A stretch of 64,000 nt of DNA from positions 5,145-69,144 of the forward strand of contig JBNKEE010000046.1 of assembly GCA_050288625.1 (NCBI GenBank). Reading direction: 5' to 3'. Below the pieces are notes generated by a model. It searched no databases. It was not told the DNA's origin and saw nothing but the letters and a program-made list of their open reading frames with translations. The translations under genes and the position numbers were made by a program. This document shows positions 1 through 11,167 of the stretch, one piece after another (within the stretch, counting starts at the first letter, position 1; each line of letters begins with the position of its first letter). The DNA comes from Sedimenticolaceae bacterium (lineage in GTDB: Bacteria; Pseudomonadota; Gammaproteobacteria; Chromatiales; Chromatiaceae).

Positions 1-540
1 GTCTTCCCCTTCATCAAGTTCCCTGGTGTGGACACCTTGCTAGGTCCGGAGATGAAATCTACGGGCGAAGTGATGGGGGTGGGCAAGACATTTGGTGAGG
101 CCTTCGCCAAGGCGGTGGAGGGTGGCGGTACGGCCCTGCCCAAGAGTGGACGTGCCTTGTTATCAGTGCGTGATGCAGATAAGGTCCGACTGATAGATGT
201 GGCCCGTACTATGCGTGAGCTGGGATTTAAGCTATACGGTACTGGTGGAACAGCAAGAGCGGTGCAGGCCGCCGGTATCGAATGTGAGCGCGTAAACAAG
301 GTGGCCGAGGGTAGGCCACACATAGTGGACATGATCAAAAATGACTTCTTTAGCATTATCGTAAATACCACGGAAGGGAAACAGGCGATAGCGGATTCTA
401 GAGAGATCAGATGCTCCGCGCTGCAACACAAGGTAAGCTATACCACCACCATGTCTGGAGCCGAGGCCTATTGCATGGCGGTGAAACAATTAGATGATGT
501 CGACGTAAACAGTCTGCAAGAGCTGCACGCACAGGTTTGA
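1..540 (+). CDS. carB: carbamoyl-phosphate synthase large subunit, C-terminal fragment (5' end outside window)
   Basis: Frame 1 is open from base 1. VFPFIKFPGVDTLLGPEMKSTGEVMGVG followed by an MGS-like allosteric domain is typical of the CarB C-terminus. greA follows, as in many Proteobacteria. Confidence 0.9.
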   Translation, partial: VFPFIKFPGVDTLLGPEMKSTGEVMGVGKTFGEAFAKAVEGGGTALPKSGRALLSVRDADKVRLIDVARTMRELGFKLYGTGGTARAVQAAGIECERVNKVAEGRPHIVDMIKNDFFSIIVNTTEGKQAIADSREIRCSALQHKVSYTTTMSGAEAYCMAVKQLDDVDVNSLQELHAQV

Positions 541-561
541 TGAGGTCGAAGGAAGGTAGAT

Positions 562-1038
562 ATGAGTAAGGTACCGCTTACCGTCAGAGGTGCTGAGATG
601 CTGCGGGCAGAGCTGACGAAGTTGAAGAATGAAGACCGCCCAAAGGTCATCGCGGCCATTGCTGAGGCCCGTGCCCACGGCGATCTGAAAGAGAACGCAG
701 AGTATCACGCTGCCCGTGAGCAGCAGGGGTTTATCGAAGGTCGCATCAAGGACATTGAGGGGAAGCTGTCCCATGCCCAGATCATCGATGTCACCACCAT
801 AGACGCTGGCGGTAAGGTGGTGTTCGGCGCAACCGTAGACGTGTATGAAGAAGAAGACGATACGGAACATACCTTCCGGATAGTGGGTGAAGACGAAGCC
901 AATTATAAAGACGGTCTTATCTCTGTGAGCTCACCTATGGCCCGCGCCTTGATCGGAAAAGAAGAAGGGGATGTGGCCGTCGTGGATACCCCTAAGGGCC
1001 CAAGGCATTTGGATATTCTAGAAGTGAGATACGAGTAA
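562..1038 (+). CDS. greA: transcription elongation factor GreA
   Basis: 158 aa with full-length GreA pattern (PLT..G...L..EL..LK...RP.....[20 protein letters not shown]). GAAGG Shine-Dalgarno (SD) sequence upstream of the ATG. Confidence 0.95.
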   Translation: MSKVPLTVRGAEMLRAELTKLKNEDRPKVIAAIAEARAHGDLKENAEYHAAREQQGFIEGRIKDIEGKLSHAQIIDVTTIDAGGKVVFGATVDVYEEEDDTEHTFRIVGEDEANYKDGLISVSSPMARALIGKEEGDVAVVDTPKGPRHLDILEVRYE

Positions 1039-1051
1039 AAGCGCATTATTT

Positions 1052-1342
1052 CTACACCTTGATCTTAGGCCTCTTCGGATGCCTGCGATAGAGGGCGGCA
1101 ATATGTCCTATAGAATGGACAAAGTCTGCACCGGTCTTTTCGCATATTTCTTCAATCATTGCTTTTTTCTTATTCCGCTCCCCGCCGCTTAGTTTAAGCT
1201 TGATAAGTTCGTGGGAATCCAGGGCGATATCGATCTCGTTTAAAACACCCTCGCTCAGGCCGTTTTGGCCGATTATGACCACTGGTTTGAGGTGATGGAC
1301 CAGTTTCTTCAATCCGCGGCGCTGTTGTTCGGTTATTGCCAT
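1052..1342 (-). CDS. yhbY: ribosome assembly RNA-binding protein YhbY (CRM domain)
   Basis: 96 aa. LK.L.H.LKPVV.IG.NGL.EGVL.EI..AL..HELIK.K matches E. coli YhbY along its length. It is divergent from rlmE, as in enterics. Confidence 0.85.
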   Translation of the reverse strand: MAITEQQRRGLKKLVHHLKPVVIIGQNGLSEGVLNEIDIALDSHELIKLKLSGGERNKKKAMIEEICEKTGADFVHSIGHIAALYRRHPKRPKIKV

Positions 1343-1488
1343 TTTTGTCTCTCAGGAAAAATGCCGATTATAGCCTAGTTCTTACATAAGGCCTGATTGT
1401 CGTGACTTTGGTAGTATACAATCATCCTGATTACTGATGGTTTGAGAATCGTCACCACAATTTCTCGCATGATCTGATAGATTGAAGA

Positions 1489-2109
1489 ATGAAACGCAGC
1501 AAAAGTAGCCGACAATGGCTGGATCGCCATTTTAAGGACGAGTATGTTCAAAAATCCCATAAGGATGGGTTTCGTTCCCGTGCGGCGTACAAGCTACAGG
1601 AGATACAGGAGCGTGATCGCCTGATCAAGCCGAGCCATCTGGTGGTGGATCTGGGGGCCGCGCCTGGGGGGTGGTCTCAGTACGCCAGAAGGCTTGTAGG
1701 AGGTAACGGTGGGGTGGTGGCGCTGGATATCCTGCCAATGGACCCTATTGATGGCGTTTCTTTTATTCAGGGAGATTTTCGGGAGGAGTCTGTATTGGCA
1801 CAGTTGCAGAGGTTACTTGATGGTTCTGAGGTGGATCTTGTTATTTCAGATATGGCCCCCAATGTAACCGGTATGGCGGTTGTGGATCAGCCCAGGTCTA
1901 TGTATCTGTGCGAGTTGGCCCTGGACTTTACACGGAATTGCTTGAAACCAGGCGGATCTATGGTGGTCAAAGTCTTTCAGGGAGAGGGTTTTGATCAGTA
2001 TATGCGCGATCTGCGCGCCGTGTTTAACAAGGTGGTCGCCAGGAAGCCCAAGGCCTCTAGACCTAAGAGTAGGGAGGTCTACCTGGTAGCTACCGGGTTT
2101 AAAGGGTAA
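1489..2109 (+). CDS. rlmE: 23S rRNA (uridine2552-2'-O)-methyltransferase RlmE/FtsJ
   Basis: 206 aa. [26 protein letters not shown] motif [13 protein letters not shown] and [10 protein letters not shown]. It lies immediately upstream of ftsH. Confidence 0.93.
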   Translation: MKRSKSSRQWLDRHFKDEYVQKSHKDGFRSRAAYKLQEIQERDRLIKPSHLVVDLGAAPGGWSQYARRLVGGNGGVVALDILPMDPIDGVSFIQGDFREESVLAQLQRLLDGSEVDLVISDMAPNVTGMAVVDQPRSMYLCELALDFTRNCLKPGGSMVVKVFQGEGFDQYMRDLRAVFNKVVARKPKASRPKSREVYLVATGFKG

Positions 2110-2217
2110 ATAGCCGTGGTCTAAAAAAGACCGAATAAGTTGCCAGATTTTAAATTAAACTGTGGCTATACACAGGTTAATAGCTGATATCTAGATAGAT
2201 CTGCAGAGGATTGGACA

Positions 2218-4134
2218 TTGAATGACTTGGTAAAAAATCTGATTTTATGGGTAATCATCGCGATCGTCCTGATGTCAGTATTCAACAATTTTAACGCGCA
2301 AAAGATGAACTCAACCAGCATGAACTATTCTGAGTTCATCTCTCAGGTTAAGAATGGATCGGTTGAATCGGTGAAGATCTCCGGTAACACCATCGAAGGT
2401 AAACTCCGTTCCGGTGATACCTTTGTCACAGAGAGCCCCGGTGACGGAGGTCTAGTGGGTGACCTGTTGAACAACGATGTTAAGATTCAGGCCGTACCGC
2501 CAGAGAAGCCATCGGTCCTGATGTCAATACTTATCAACTGGTTTCCGCTGTTTATCTTGATCGGACTGTGGATCTTCTTCATGCGTCAGATGCAGGGCGG
2601 AGGAGGTGGCCGTGGCGCCATGTCCTTCGGTAAGAGCAAGGCCCGTATGCTCACAGAGGATCAGGTGAAGGTGACCTTTGCCGATGTGGCCGGGGTTGAG
2701 GAGGCCAAGGAAGAGGTGTCGGAGATGGTGGAGTTCCTACGCGATCCTGGCAAGTTCCAGAAGCTTGGGGGCAAGATACCCCGTGGTGTGCTGATGGTAG
2801 GTTCCCCGGGTACCGGTAAGACCCTCCTGGCCCGCGCCATTGCGGGGGAGGCCAAGGTGCCTTTCTTTACCATCTCCGGTTCTGACTTTGTAGAGATGTT
2901 TGTGGGAGTGGGTGCGTCCCGTGTCCGTGATATGTTCGAACAGGCCAAAAAGCACGCTCCATGTATCATCTTCATTGATGAGATAGACGCGGTCGGTAGA
3001 CACCGTGGCGCCGGCTTGGGTGGTGGTCACGATGAGCGCGAGCAGACCCTGAACCAGTTGCTGGTTGAGATGGACGGCTTTGAGGGTAACGAAGGCGTTA
3101 TCGTGATTGCCGCAACCAACCGTCCTGATGTCCTTGACCCTGCACTGCTGCGTCCTGGCCGCTTCGACCGCCAGGTGGTGGTACCTCTGCCAGATATCCG
3201 GGGCCGCGAGCAAATCCTTAAGGTACACATGCGTAAGGTGCCGATCTCCGAGGACGTAAAGCCCGAATTGATTGCGCGCGGCACCCCTGGGTTCTCCGGT
3301 GCCGATCTGGCAAATTTGGTAAACGAGGCAGCGTTGTTCGCCGCCCGTGAGAATAAGCGCCTGGTAGATATGGAGGATATGGAGAAGGCCAAAGACAAGA
3401 TCATGATGGGCACCGAACGCCGCTCTATGGTCATGAGTGACGATGAGAAGAGGCTGACCGCATATCATGAGGCCGGACATGCCATCGTTGGGCGTCTGGT
3501 CCCGTCCCATGACCCTGTATACAAGGTAAGCATCATACCACGTGGCCGAGCCCTGGGTGTGACCATGTTTCTGCCGGAAGAGGATCGCTACAGCATGAGC
3601 AAGGAGCGCCTGGAGAGTCAGATCTCAAGCCTGTTCGGGGGACGCATTGCCGAAGAGATCACCTTCGGTCCGGAGAAGATTACCACCGGCGCCTCCAACG
3701 ATATCAAGCGGGCAACCGAGATCGCCCGCAACATGGTTACCAAGTGGGGCCTTTCAGAAAAGCTTGGTCCTCTTGCATATGGTGATGAAGAGGAAGAGGT
3801 GTTTTTGGGACGATCAGTAACCCAACATAAAAATGTGTCTGATGACACGGCTCACGCTATTGATAGTGAGATCAGGGAGATTATTGACTGTAACTATAAG
3901 CGGTCTGAACGGATACTCAAAGAGAACCTGGATAAGCTGGAGACCATGGCGCAGGCCTTGATCAAATACGAGACTATCGATTCCAATCAGATCGACGACA
4001 TCATGGCCGGAAAGACACCAAGGGAGCCGGAAGGGTGGAACGACTCTGAGCCTAAATCCGGGAACGGAGTAAAGGTTGGACCGAAGAAGAAGGACTCCAA
4101 AGGCGAGATCGGAGGACCGGCTGGACAGCACTGA
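2218..4134 (+). CDS. ftsH: ATP-dependent zinc metalloprotease FtsH
   Basis: 638 aa with two N-terminal TM segments. Walker A GPPG-like GSPGTGKT, Walker [12 protein letters not shown] region and zinc site HEAGHA. TTG start with an AGAGGA SD. Confidence 0.97.
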   Translation: MNDLVKNLILWVIIAIVLMSVFNNFNAQKMNSTSMNYSEFISQVKNGSVESVKISGNTIEGKLRSGDTFVTESPGDGGLVGDLLNNDVKIQAVPPEKPSVLMSILINWFPLFILIGLWIFFMRQMQGGGGGRGAMSFGKSKARMLTEDQVKVTFADVAGVEEAKEEVSEMVEFLRDPGKFQKLGGKIPRGVLMVGSPGTGKTLLARAIAGEAKVPFFTISGSDFVEMFVGVGASRVRDMFEQAKKHAPCIIFIDEIDAVGRHRGAGLGGGHDEREQTLNQLLVEMDGFEGNEGVIVIAATNRPDVLDPALLRPGRFDRQVVVPLPDIRGREQILKVHMRKVPISEDVKPELIARGTPGFSGADLANLVNEAALFAARENKRLVDMEDMEKAKDKIMMGTERRSMVMSDDEKRLTAYHEAGHAIVGRLVPSHDPVYKVSIIPRGRALGVTMFLPEEDRYSMSKERLESQISSLFGGRIAEEITFGPEKITTGASNDIKRATEIARNMVTKWGLSEKLGPLAYGDEEEEVFLGRSVTQHKNVSDDTAHAIDSEIREIIDCNYKRSERILKENLDKLETMAQALIKYETIDSNQIDDIMAGKTPREPEGWNDSEPKSGNGVKVGPKKKDSKGEIGGPAGQH

Positions 4135-4146
4135 TAGTCTGAAGAC

Positions 4147-4977
4147 ATGATTCTTGATTGTGCAGGAATGCAGCTGGACCTCACGCGCTGCAAGGTGATG
4201 GGGATCCTAAATGTCACCCCCGATTCGTTTTCCGACGGGGGTGATTTTATTTCGCCTGAGAGTGCCCTCCGTCATGCGGAGCAGATGGTACGAGACGGGG
4301 CCGCTATCATTGACGTAGGCGGCGAGTCGACCCGGCCTGGGGCCGAGGCCGTTTCTGAACAGCAGGAACTGGATCGGATAATCCCGGTTATAGAGGCGAT
4401 CAAGCAACGGCTATCCGTCATAGTATCCATCGATACCAACAAACCCGCGATCATGCGTGAGGCGGTGGCGGTGGGGGCCGGGTTGATCAACGATGTAATG
4501 GCGCTACAGGCACCGGACGCCATAGAGACGGTCCGGTCCCTTAATGTGCCGGTCTGCCTCATGCACATGCAGGGTGAGCCGCGCACCATGCAGCAAAACC
4601 CCGAATATATCGACGTGGTCTCGGATATTATGGATTTTTTTGAACGGCGCATTGCTGCCTGTGTGGCCGGAGGTATACCTAGGGGGCGTCTGTTGTTGGA
4701 TCCAGGGTTTGGCTTCGGCAAGACCCTGGAACACAATCTTACGTTGCTGAGACATCTTGGGGAATTCAAGGATATCGGTCTGCCGATTTTGGTGGGTATT
4801 TCCCGCAAGTCCATGCTCGGTGCCATCCTAAATGGCGCCCCGGTGGATAAACGCCTCTACGGCAGTTTGGCCGCTGCGGTGCTGGCCGTGGAGCATGGAG
4901 CTGCAATCGTACGCGCGCATGATGTCAAACCAACGGTAGATGCTTTGAAGGTGGTAGATGCCGTTCGTTGCGGTTAA
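4147..4977 (+). CDS. folP: dihydropteroate synthase
   Basis: 276 aa. GILNVTPDSFSDGG, IIDVGGESTRPG, DPGFGFGKT and VRAHDV motifs. Canonical ftsH-folP-glmM order. Confidence 0.93.
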   Translation: MILDCAGMQLDLTRCKVMGILNVTPDSFSDGGDFISPESALRHAEQMVRDGAAIIDVGGESTRPGAEAVSEQQELDRIIPVIEAIKQRLSVIVSIDTNKPAIMREAVAVGAGLINDVMALQAPDAIETVRSLNVPVCLMHMQGEPRTMQQNPEYIDVVSDIMDFFERRIAACVAGGIPRGRLLLDPGFGFGKTLEHNLTLLRHLGEFKDIGLPILVGISRKSMLGAILNGAPVDKRLYGSLAAAVLAVEHGAAIVRAHDVKPTVDALKVVDAVRCG

Positions 4978-5031
4978 TGGTTTATAATCCGTGGATGGTG
5001 GACAAGGTCTTATAAATTATGGGGACTGATT

Positions 5032-6375
5032 TTGAGTAGAAGATATTTTGGTACTGATGGCATTCGCGGACGAGTGGGTGAAGGCAAGATCACCCCGGAA
5101 TTTGTCTTGAAGCTGGGCTGGGCCACCGGGCGCGTATTCGGCCAGCATGCAGGCAGCAAGGTGCTGATCGGCAAGGACACCAGGATATCCGGCTATATGC
5201 TGGAGTCTGCCTTGGAAGCGGGACTTGCGGCAGCAGGAGTGGATACCCACCTGTTGGGGCCGATGCCGACCCCCGCCATCGCCTACCTGACGCGCACCCT
5301 GCATGCCCAGGCTGGAATAGTGATCAGCGCCTCCCACAACCCTCACTACGATAACGGTATCAAGTTTTTCTCCGCCGAGGGTAAAAAGCTACCGGATGAT
5401 GTTGAAATATCGATAGAGCAGGAGCTAGATCAGGAGATGACCACGGTCGAGTCCGGGCTACTGGGAAAGGCCTTCCGTGTAACGGATGCGGCCGGTCGCT
5501 ATATAGAGTTTTGTAAGGGCGCGACATCCTGGGAGACCAGCTTTAAGGGCATGAAGATCGTGGTGGACTGTGCCAATGGTGCCACCTATCACATCGCACC
5601 ATACGTATTTGAGGAGCTGGGCGCCGAGGTCATGGCCATAGGCGACAAACCAGATGGTCTGAACATCAACGCCGGGGTAGGTTCCACCTACATAGATAAT
5701 CTGCAAAAAGAGGTGATCGCCAACGGTGCTGATCTGGGCGTGGCCTTGGACGGCGATGGTGATAGGGTGATTATGGTGGACGGTGATGGCAATGTGGTAG
5801 ATGGGGATGACATCCTCTACATCATTGCCCAGGCCAGGCAAAATTGTGGCGGGCTGGTCGGTTCTGTCGTGGGCACCGTTATGACTAATCTGGGGTTGGA
5901 ACACGCCCTGGCCGATCTGGGTATAGGTCTGGAGCGGGTCCAGGTGGGCGACCGCCATATCATGGAGAGATTGGAGGCAGAGGGCTGGGTCCTGGGAGGG
6001 GAGCCTTCAGGGCATATCATCTGTCTGGATAGGACCACGACCGGCGACGGTATCGTCTCCGCGCTACAGGTGCTTTCTGAGGTGGTGCGTTCTGGGAAAA
6101 GTCTGAGTGATCTGCGCAAGCCAGTGATCAAATACCCACAAGAGCTTGTCAACGTACGTCTGGAGAATGGCGTGGATGTTATGGGCTCTGTCCTTATGCA
6201 AGAGGCGGTACGAGATGCGGAGTCAGAGCTATCAGACCGGGGGCGGGTTCTGTTGCGGCCATCAGGCACCGAGCCGCTGATCCGGGTGATGGTGGAGGGT
6301 AGTGACCAGGGTCAGGTGAAGCAGCTCTCAGAGAGGCTGGCTGAGGTGGCCAGGGGGCTGGTCAACGCGGGTTAG
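5032..6375 (+). CDS. glmM: phosphoglucosamine mutase
   Basis: 447 aa. YFGTDGIRG start, phosphoserine loop SASHNP, DGDGDR metal loop, GGEPSGH. Confidence 0.95.
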   Translation: MSRRYFGTDGIRGRVGEGKITPEFVLKLGWATGRVFGQHAGSKVLIGKDTRISGYMLESALEAGLAAAGVDTHLLGPMPTPAIAYLTRTLHAQAGIVISASHNPHYDNGIKFFSAEGKKLPDDVEISIEQELDQEMTTVESGLLGKAFRVTDAAGRYIEFCKGATSWETSFKGMKIVVDCANGATYHIAPYVFEELGAEVMAIGDKPDGLNINAGVGSTYIDNLQKEVIANGADLGVALDGDGDRVIMVDGDGNVVDGDDILYIIAQARQNCGGLVGSVVGTVMTNLGLEHALADLGIGLERVQVGDRHIMERLEAEGWVLGGEPSGHIICLDRTTTGDGIVSALQVLSEVVRSGKSLSDLRKPVIKYPQELVNVRLENGVDVMGSVLMQEAVRDAESELSDRGRVLLRPSGTEPLIRVMVEGSDQGQVKQLSERLAEVARGLVNAG

Positions 6376-6378
6376 TCT

Positions 6379-7188
6379 TTAATCCTCTTCCTTATCGTGC
6401 TCAATCAATGCATACGCCGAGTGGTTGTGGATAGACTCGAAGTTCTCTGATTCCACCACATAGGCGCTTATACGGTCATCCTCATTCAGACGCATGGATA
6501 CATCGCGCACCATATCCTCCACGAACTTTGGGTTGTCGTAGGCCCGTTCGGTCACATGTTTTTCATCTGGACGCTTCAACAGTCCGAACAGTTCGCATGA
6601 TGCCTCAGCTTCAACTAAGTCTATAATCTCCTCAATCCAGACAAATCCTCTTACCTTTGCCTGTACTGTTACATGGGAGCGCTGATTATGGGCGCCTCGG
6701 TCGGATATCTTTTTGGAGCAGGGGCAGAGGCTTGTCACTGGAACCACCACACGTATGATCATGGTGGGAATGCCTTTATGTATTTCACCGATCAGGGTTA
6801 CATCATAGTCCAGCAGACTCTTGACCTTAGATACCGGCGCCTGCTTCCTGATGAAATATGGAAAATTCATCTCGATGTGCCCTGCTTCCGCTTCCAGCAG
6901 TTTCGCCATCTCTTTTAACATGTCGTTGAAGGACTCAACGCCGATTTCAGTGTCATGGCTGTTGAGGATCTCCACAAAACGGGACATGTGAGTACCCTTG
7001 AAGTTGTGGGGTAGGTTGACGTACATGTTGAAGTTAGCAACCGTGTGCTGCTCACCCCCACTACGGTCCTTGATCCTTACAGGATGGCGTATATCCTTGA
7101 TTCCTACCTTGTTTATAGCAATATGGCGGGTATCTTTACTGCTCTGAACATCAGCGATCTCAGGTTGTTTGGTGACATCTTCCGTCAA
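6379..7188 (-). CDS. folE2: GTP cyclohydrolase I type 2 (FolE2/MptA family)
   Basis: 269 aa. [23 protein letters not shown] and GAHNQRS motifs are characteristic of FolE2. Confidence 0.85.
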   Translation of the reverse strand: MTEDVTKQPEIADVQSSKDTRHIAINKVGIKDIRHPVRIKDRSGGEQHTVANFNMYVNLPHNFKGTHMSRFVEILNSHDTEIGVESFNDMLKEMAKLLEAEAGHIEMNFPYFIRKQAPVSKVKSLLDYDVTLIGEIHKGIPTMIIRVVVPVTSLCPCSKKISDRGAHNQRSHVTVQAKVRGFVWIEEIIDLVEAEASCELFGLLKRPDEKHVTERAYDNPKFVEDMVRDVSMRLNEDDRISAYVVESENFESIHNHSAYALIEHDKEED

Positions 7189-7349
7189 GGTGGAAATCCT
7201 CTAGCACTTGTGGGGCCGCATCTTCTACCCCAGCATTCTGAAAAGCCATACATTATGAGTCTAGCAAAGGAGCGGCGCAACTCTAGGCCCTAAATAAATG
7301 TGTGAATTGACAAAATACTTTGATATCAATACAAAATGAAGGGTCTCTG

Positions 7350-8258
7350 TCAGCTGTTGCGTGAAACAATATAGTCCGCCAGCCAGCGTAGGTGGTCTGC
7401 CTTGTCATCAAAGACGTCCAAGCTCTCAATGGACTCTAGGTGTAGCTGGTTGAGCAGATCGCGCGCGCCCTGCAATCCGAGTAGCGATGGGTATGTAGGC
7501 TTGTTGTTGGCCTGGTCCTTGCCTTTTGTCTTACCTAGGGTCTCGGTATCTCCTTCAATATCTAGGATGTCGTCCTTCACCTGAAAGGCCAATCCTATGC
7601 GTTTGGCATATTGGTCTAGACCAGAGATCTGATCTGGAGTTGCATCTGGTGCAGCTAGATATCCCATGCGGACAGATGCCAAGATCAGGGCTCCGGTCTT
7701 GTGTATGTGCATATTTTCCAATTCTATCAGGGTCAGCTCTTTTCCCACCGAATCCAGGTCCATCGCCTGTCCACCTGCCATCCCCCTGGAGCCGCTGGCG
7801 ATTGCCAGGTTATCCAACATCTGCGTACGAGCTTGAATGTCTACCTCCATACTTTGATCCTGGCACAGCACCTTAAATGCAAGTGTTTGCAGGGCGTCGC
7901 CAGTCAGGATGGCCGTTGCTTCATCAAATCTTTTGTGACATGTGGGTTGACCGCGTCTTAGATCGTCGTCGTCCATGGACGGGAGGTCGTCATGCACCAG
8001 GGAGTATGCATGTATCAGCTCCACTGCGCAGGCCGGTCCATTTAAGTGATCCAGATCGACCCCCAAAGCTTGACCGGTGGCATACACCAGTACCGGGCGT
8101 ACACGTTTGCCACCGCTCAGCACCGCATAGCGCATGGCTCGATGAAGTCTATGGGGTAAGGTGTCTTCTGAAGGTAGCCACTGCTGGAGGGCGCGCTCCA
8201 CCCGAGATTGGGATGCGACTAGGAACCTGCTCAGGTCTTGTTCATTATTGGTCTTCAA
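7350..8258 (-). CDS. ispA: (2E,6E)-farnesyl diphosphate synthase
   Basis: 302 aa. First DDxxD motif [17 protein letters not shown] and second FQVKDDILD. Overlaps the xseB stop by 14 nt (xseB-ispA operon). Confidence 0.9.
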   Translation of the reverse strand: MKTNNEQDLSRFLVASQSRVERALQQWLPSEDTLPHRLHRAMRYAVLSGGKRVRPVLVYATGQALGVDLDHLNGPACAVELIHAYSLVHDDLPSMDDDDLRRGQPTCHKRFDEATAILTGDALQTLAFKVLCQDQSMEVDIQARTQMLDNLAIASGSRGMAGGQAMDLDSVGKELTLIELENMHIHKTGALILASVRMGYLAAPDATPDQISGLDQYAKRIGLAFQVKDDILDIEGDTETLGKTKGKDQANNKPTYPSLLGLQGARDLLNQLHLESIESLDVFDDKADHLRWLADYIVSRNS

Positions 8259-8481
8259 ACGGCTCTGGCTCGGCGTCTGGATTGTTCTCTGTGAGGATCT
8301 GTATCTTCTGCTCCGCCTCTTTTAGCGCTTGTTGGCATGTGCGGGTAAGTAGCACGCCCCGTTCGAAGGATTTCAGGGACTCTTCCAACGATAGTTCGCC
8401 CTGTTCCATGGTTTCCACCAGGGATTCCAGTTCGGCCAGGGCCTGCTCAAAAGATGGCGTTTTTTTTGATACTTTGGGCAC
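8245..8481 (-). CDS. xseB: exodeoxyribonuclease VII small subunit
   Basis: 78 aa. [27 protein letters not shown]...C pattern of XseB. Position upstream of ispA. Confidence 0.85.
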   Translation of the reverse strand: MPKVSKKTPSFEQALAELESLVETMEQGELSLEESLKSFERGVLLTRTCQQALKEAEQKIQILTENNPDAEPEPFEDQ

Positions 8482-8611
8482 GTTGATTACCTTTCTGCTT
8501 TGGAGGGATAAAACTACCCTGATGCGTGGCCAGGGTCAATCTCCGGTTCGCTTGATTGATGCGCTAGGTGTAAACTCTACGGGTTTTAGTAGCAGATGGT
8601 ATTTATCCAGC

Positions 8612-10501
8612 ATGAGCAACAGTTCCTACGATGCATCAGCGATTGAAGTCCTGAGCGGTCTTGAGCCGGTACGCAAGCGTCCCGGTATGTATACAGACAC
8701 TAGTCGTCCCAATCACATGGCCCAGGAGGTGATTGATAACAGTGTGGACGAGGCAGTGGCCGGTTATGCCACTACCATAGATGTATCCCTATATAAGGAT
8801 GGATCTCTGGAGGTGACTGATGATGGCAGGGGGATGCCGGTTGACCTACATCCGCAGGAGGGCAAGCCGGGGGTAGAGGTGATCCTGACCAAGCTGCATG
8901 CCGGTGGCAAGTTCTCTAATAAGAACTACCGTTTCTCAGGTGGTCTGCACGGTGTTGGTGTATCAGTGGTAAACGCCCTGTCTGAACATCTGGAGGTGTG
9001 GGTGAAGCGCGGAGGTCAGCAGTACAATATGGCCTTTGCCGGTGGCGAAAAAGTGTCAGATCTGGAGGTGGTAGACAAGGTAGGAAAAAGCAACACCGGG
9101 ACCACAGTACGGTTCTGGCCAGATCCACAATATTTTGACTCCGCTAAGTTTTCCAAACGCCACCTGCTGCATCTGCTGCGGGCCAAAGCTGTACTATGTC
9201 CTGGACTGTTGGTGCGTTTTTGGGAGGAGGCGACTGGAGAGGATGCGGAGTGGATTTATGAAGATGGCCTAAAGGACTATCTATTGGATGAGTTGCAGTC
9301 TGTGCCTATATTGCCGGATGAGCCGTTTATCGGTTCCATGTCAGGTAACAACGAAGCGGCAGATTGGGCTGTTGCATGGCTACCTGAGGGTGGAGACGCC
9401 ATAACAGAGAGCTATGTCAACCTAATCCCTACGGCCCAGGGCGGCACACATGTGAATGGACTGCGCACCGGTCTTACTGACGCGGTGCGAGAATTCTGTG
9501 AATTTCGCAATTTGTTGCCGCGCGGCGTTAAGCTGGCCCCGGACGATGTGTGGAACCGTTGCAGTTATATCCTGTCAGTTAAACTGGCAGACCCTCAGTT
9601 TTCCGGTCAAACCAAGGAACGGTTGTCATCCCGCGAATGCGCGGCCTTTGTAACCGGCGTGGTGAAAGATGCCTTTGGTCTATGGTTGAATCAGCACACA
9701 GAGATCGGCGAGGCCATTGCCGATCTTGCCATAACATCGGCCCAGGCCAGATTGCGTTCCGGACGCAAGGTTCAACGCAAGAAGGTGACTCAGGGCCCAG
9801 CTCTACCAGGGAAACTGGCGGATTGCACCCTGGCCGATCCGGAACGTAGCGAGTTGTTTCTGGTGGAGGGAGACTCGGCGGGAGGTTCTGCCAAGCAGGC
9901 ACGAGATCGCGAGTTTCAGGCGGTGATGCCGCTTAGAGGTAAGATCCTGAATACTTGGGAAGTGGATTCCTCTGAAGTGCTGGCATCCCAGGAGGTGCAC
10001 GATATATCGGTGGCGATAGGGGTAGAGCCGGGTTCGGATGATATTTCCGGCCTGCGCTTCAATAAGATCTGTATCCTGGCGGACGCCGATTCGGACGGGG
10101 CGCATATTGCAACCCTGTTGTGTGCCTTGTTTCTAAGGCACTTCCGCAAACTGGTGCGAGAGGGGCATGTCTACGTAGCCATGCCGCCGCTCTATCGCAT
10201 AGATGTGGGCAAACAGGTGTTTTACGCCTTGGACGATGGTGAAAAACAGGGCGTGCTGGATCGCATTGAGGCGGAGAAGATCAAGGGCAAGGTGAGTGTG
10301 CAGAGATTCAAAGGTCTGGGTGAGATGAATCCCATGCAGCTGCGGGAGACCACTATCCTGCCGGATACTAGAAGACTGGTGCAGTTGACGGTGGGGGCTG
10401 CGGATAATACCAACAGCGTGGTGGATATGTTGTTGGCAAAAAAGCGTGCGCCAGATCGTAAAGAGTGGCTGCAGAAGAAGGGCGACCTGGCAGAGGTCTA
10501 G
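8612..10501 (+). CDS. parE: DNA topoisomerase IV subunit B
   Basis: About 630 aa from the ATG at 8612 (MSNSSYDASAIEVLSGLEPVRKRPGMYTD...). Near-colinear with E. coli ParE, including LHAGGKFS, EGDSAGGSAKQARDR, ILADADSDGAHI and KGLGEMNP. The track ORF starting at 7877 is an upstream read-through of the frame. Confidence 0.95.
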   Translation: MSNSSYDASAIEVLSGLEPVRKRPGMYTDTSRPNHMAQEVIDNSVDEAVAGYATTIDVSLYKDGSLEVTDDGRGMPVDLHPQEGKPGVEVILTKLHAGGKFSNKNYRFSGGLHGVGVSVVNALSEHLEVWVKRGGQQYNMAFAGGEKVSDLEVVDKVGKSNTGTTVRFWPDPQYFDSAKFSKRHLLHLLRAKAVLCPGLLVRFWEEATGEDAEWIYEDGLKDYLLDELQSVPILPDEPFIGSMSGNNEAADWAVAWLPEGGDAITESYVNLIPTAQGGTHVNGLRTGLTDAVREFCEFRNLLPRGVKLAPDDVWNRCSYILSVKLADPQFSGQTKERLSSRECAAFVTGVVKDAFGLWLNQHTEIGEAIADLAITSAQARLRSGRKVQRKKVTQGPALPGKLADCTLADPERSELFLVEGDSAGGSAKQARDREFQAVMPLRGKILNTWEVDSSEVLASQEVHDISVAIGVEPGSDDISGLRFNKICILADADSDGAHIATLLCALFLRHFRKLVREGHVYVAMPPLYRIDVGKQVFYALDDGEKQGVLDRIEAEKIKGKVSVQRFKGLGEMNPMQLRETTILPDTRRLVQLTVGAADNTNSVVDMLLAKKRAPDRKEWLQKKGDLAEV

Positions 10502-10504
10502 AAT

Positions 10505-11113
10505 ATGGAGCGAAAAAACATTATGCAACATTACCTTTTAACAATTGTATTAATATTAGTGATGTCGATACAGACGGGCAGTGCCTATGCAAGAAAGATC
10601 GTAGTGGATGGAAATCAACAGAGCCTGCCGGACCAAAAATACCAGTTTGAAGAGGGCGAACCTTGGAAGGAGATTGAGGCAAAGATTCCTCCGTATCCTG
10701 AGGATGGCGACCTGATGGAGCTGCAGCTGGACGACCCCAATAAAAGATTTACCTACTATATGGATGAGGAGTCCTTATCCGTATCCGAAAATGATTACGT
10801 AGTGCGCTATACCATGGTGATCGAATCCAAGACGGGCACCAGAAATATCTTTTACGAAGGCATCCGTTGTAATACAGAAGAGTATAAGACCTATGCCTTT
10901 GGTATGGGAAAAGGCGGGAACGGCAAGTTTCGCCCTAGTAAAAAACCCGAATGGAAGAACATCAGCAGCAGTGGATATAAAAAGCTAAGAATGGATCTTC
11001 TGGAATTCTACCTGTGTGATCCGCGCAAGTTGCCGCGCAAGAAGAACGAAATCGTAACCAGGATTAAATATCCTGCCCCGAATGAATCATATAAAAACGC
11101 GCTCAATAGATAA
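10505..11113 (+). CDS. CNP1-like periplasmic protein (probable signal peptide; function unknown)
   Basis: 202 aa. N-terminal hydrophobic leader ending SAYA. The central block RYTMVIESKTGTRNIFYEGIRCNTEEYKTYAFG recalls the CNP1-like family as I remember it. The in-frame ATG at 10523 has the better SD spacing. Confidence 0.5.
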   Translation: MERKNIMQHYLLTIVLILVMSIQTGSAYARKIVVDGNQQSLPDQKYQFEEGEPWKEIEAKIPPYPEDGDLMELQLDDPNKRFTYYMDEESLSVSENDYVVRYTMVIESKTGTRNIFYEGIRCNTEEYKTYAFGMGKGGNGKFRPSKKPEWKNISSSGYKKLRMDLLEFYLCDPRKLPRKKNEIVTRIKYPAPNESYKNALNR

Positions 11114-11167
11114 TAACCATAAGTCTAAAGTGAAATCAGCCAAGTTCTTATTTGAGAAGCAGTCAAT

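Noticed and set aside
2118-2132. GGTCT-AAAAA-AGACC hairpin after rlmE, considered as a terminator.
   Set aside because: It has only a 5-bp stem and no T-tract, and rlmE-ftsH are normally co-transcribed.
7189-7349. A Zur box upstream of folE2.
   Set aside because: I could not match the region to the AT-rich Zur consensus by eye. Only a short TTGATATCAA palindrome is present.
7877-8611. An N-terminal extension of about 245 aa on the parE ORF (the track ORF runs 7877..10501).
   Set aside because: The extension runs antisense through ispA and xseB and has a Arg/Ser/Pro-rich nonsense composition. The ParE homology begins exactly at the ATG at 8612.
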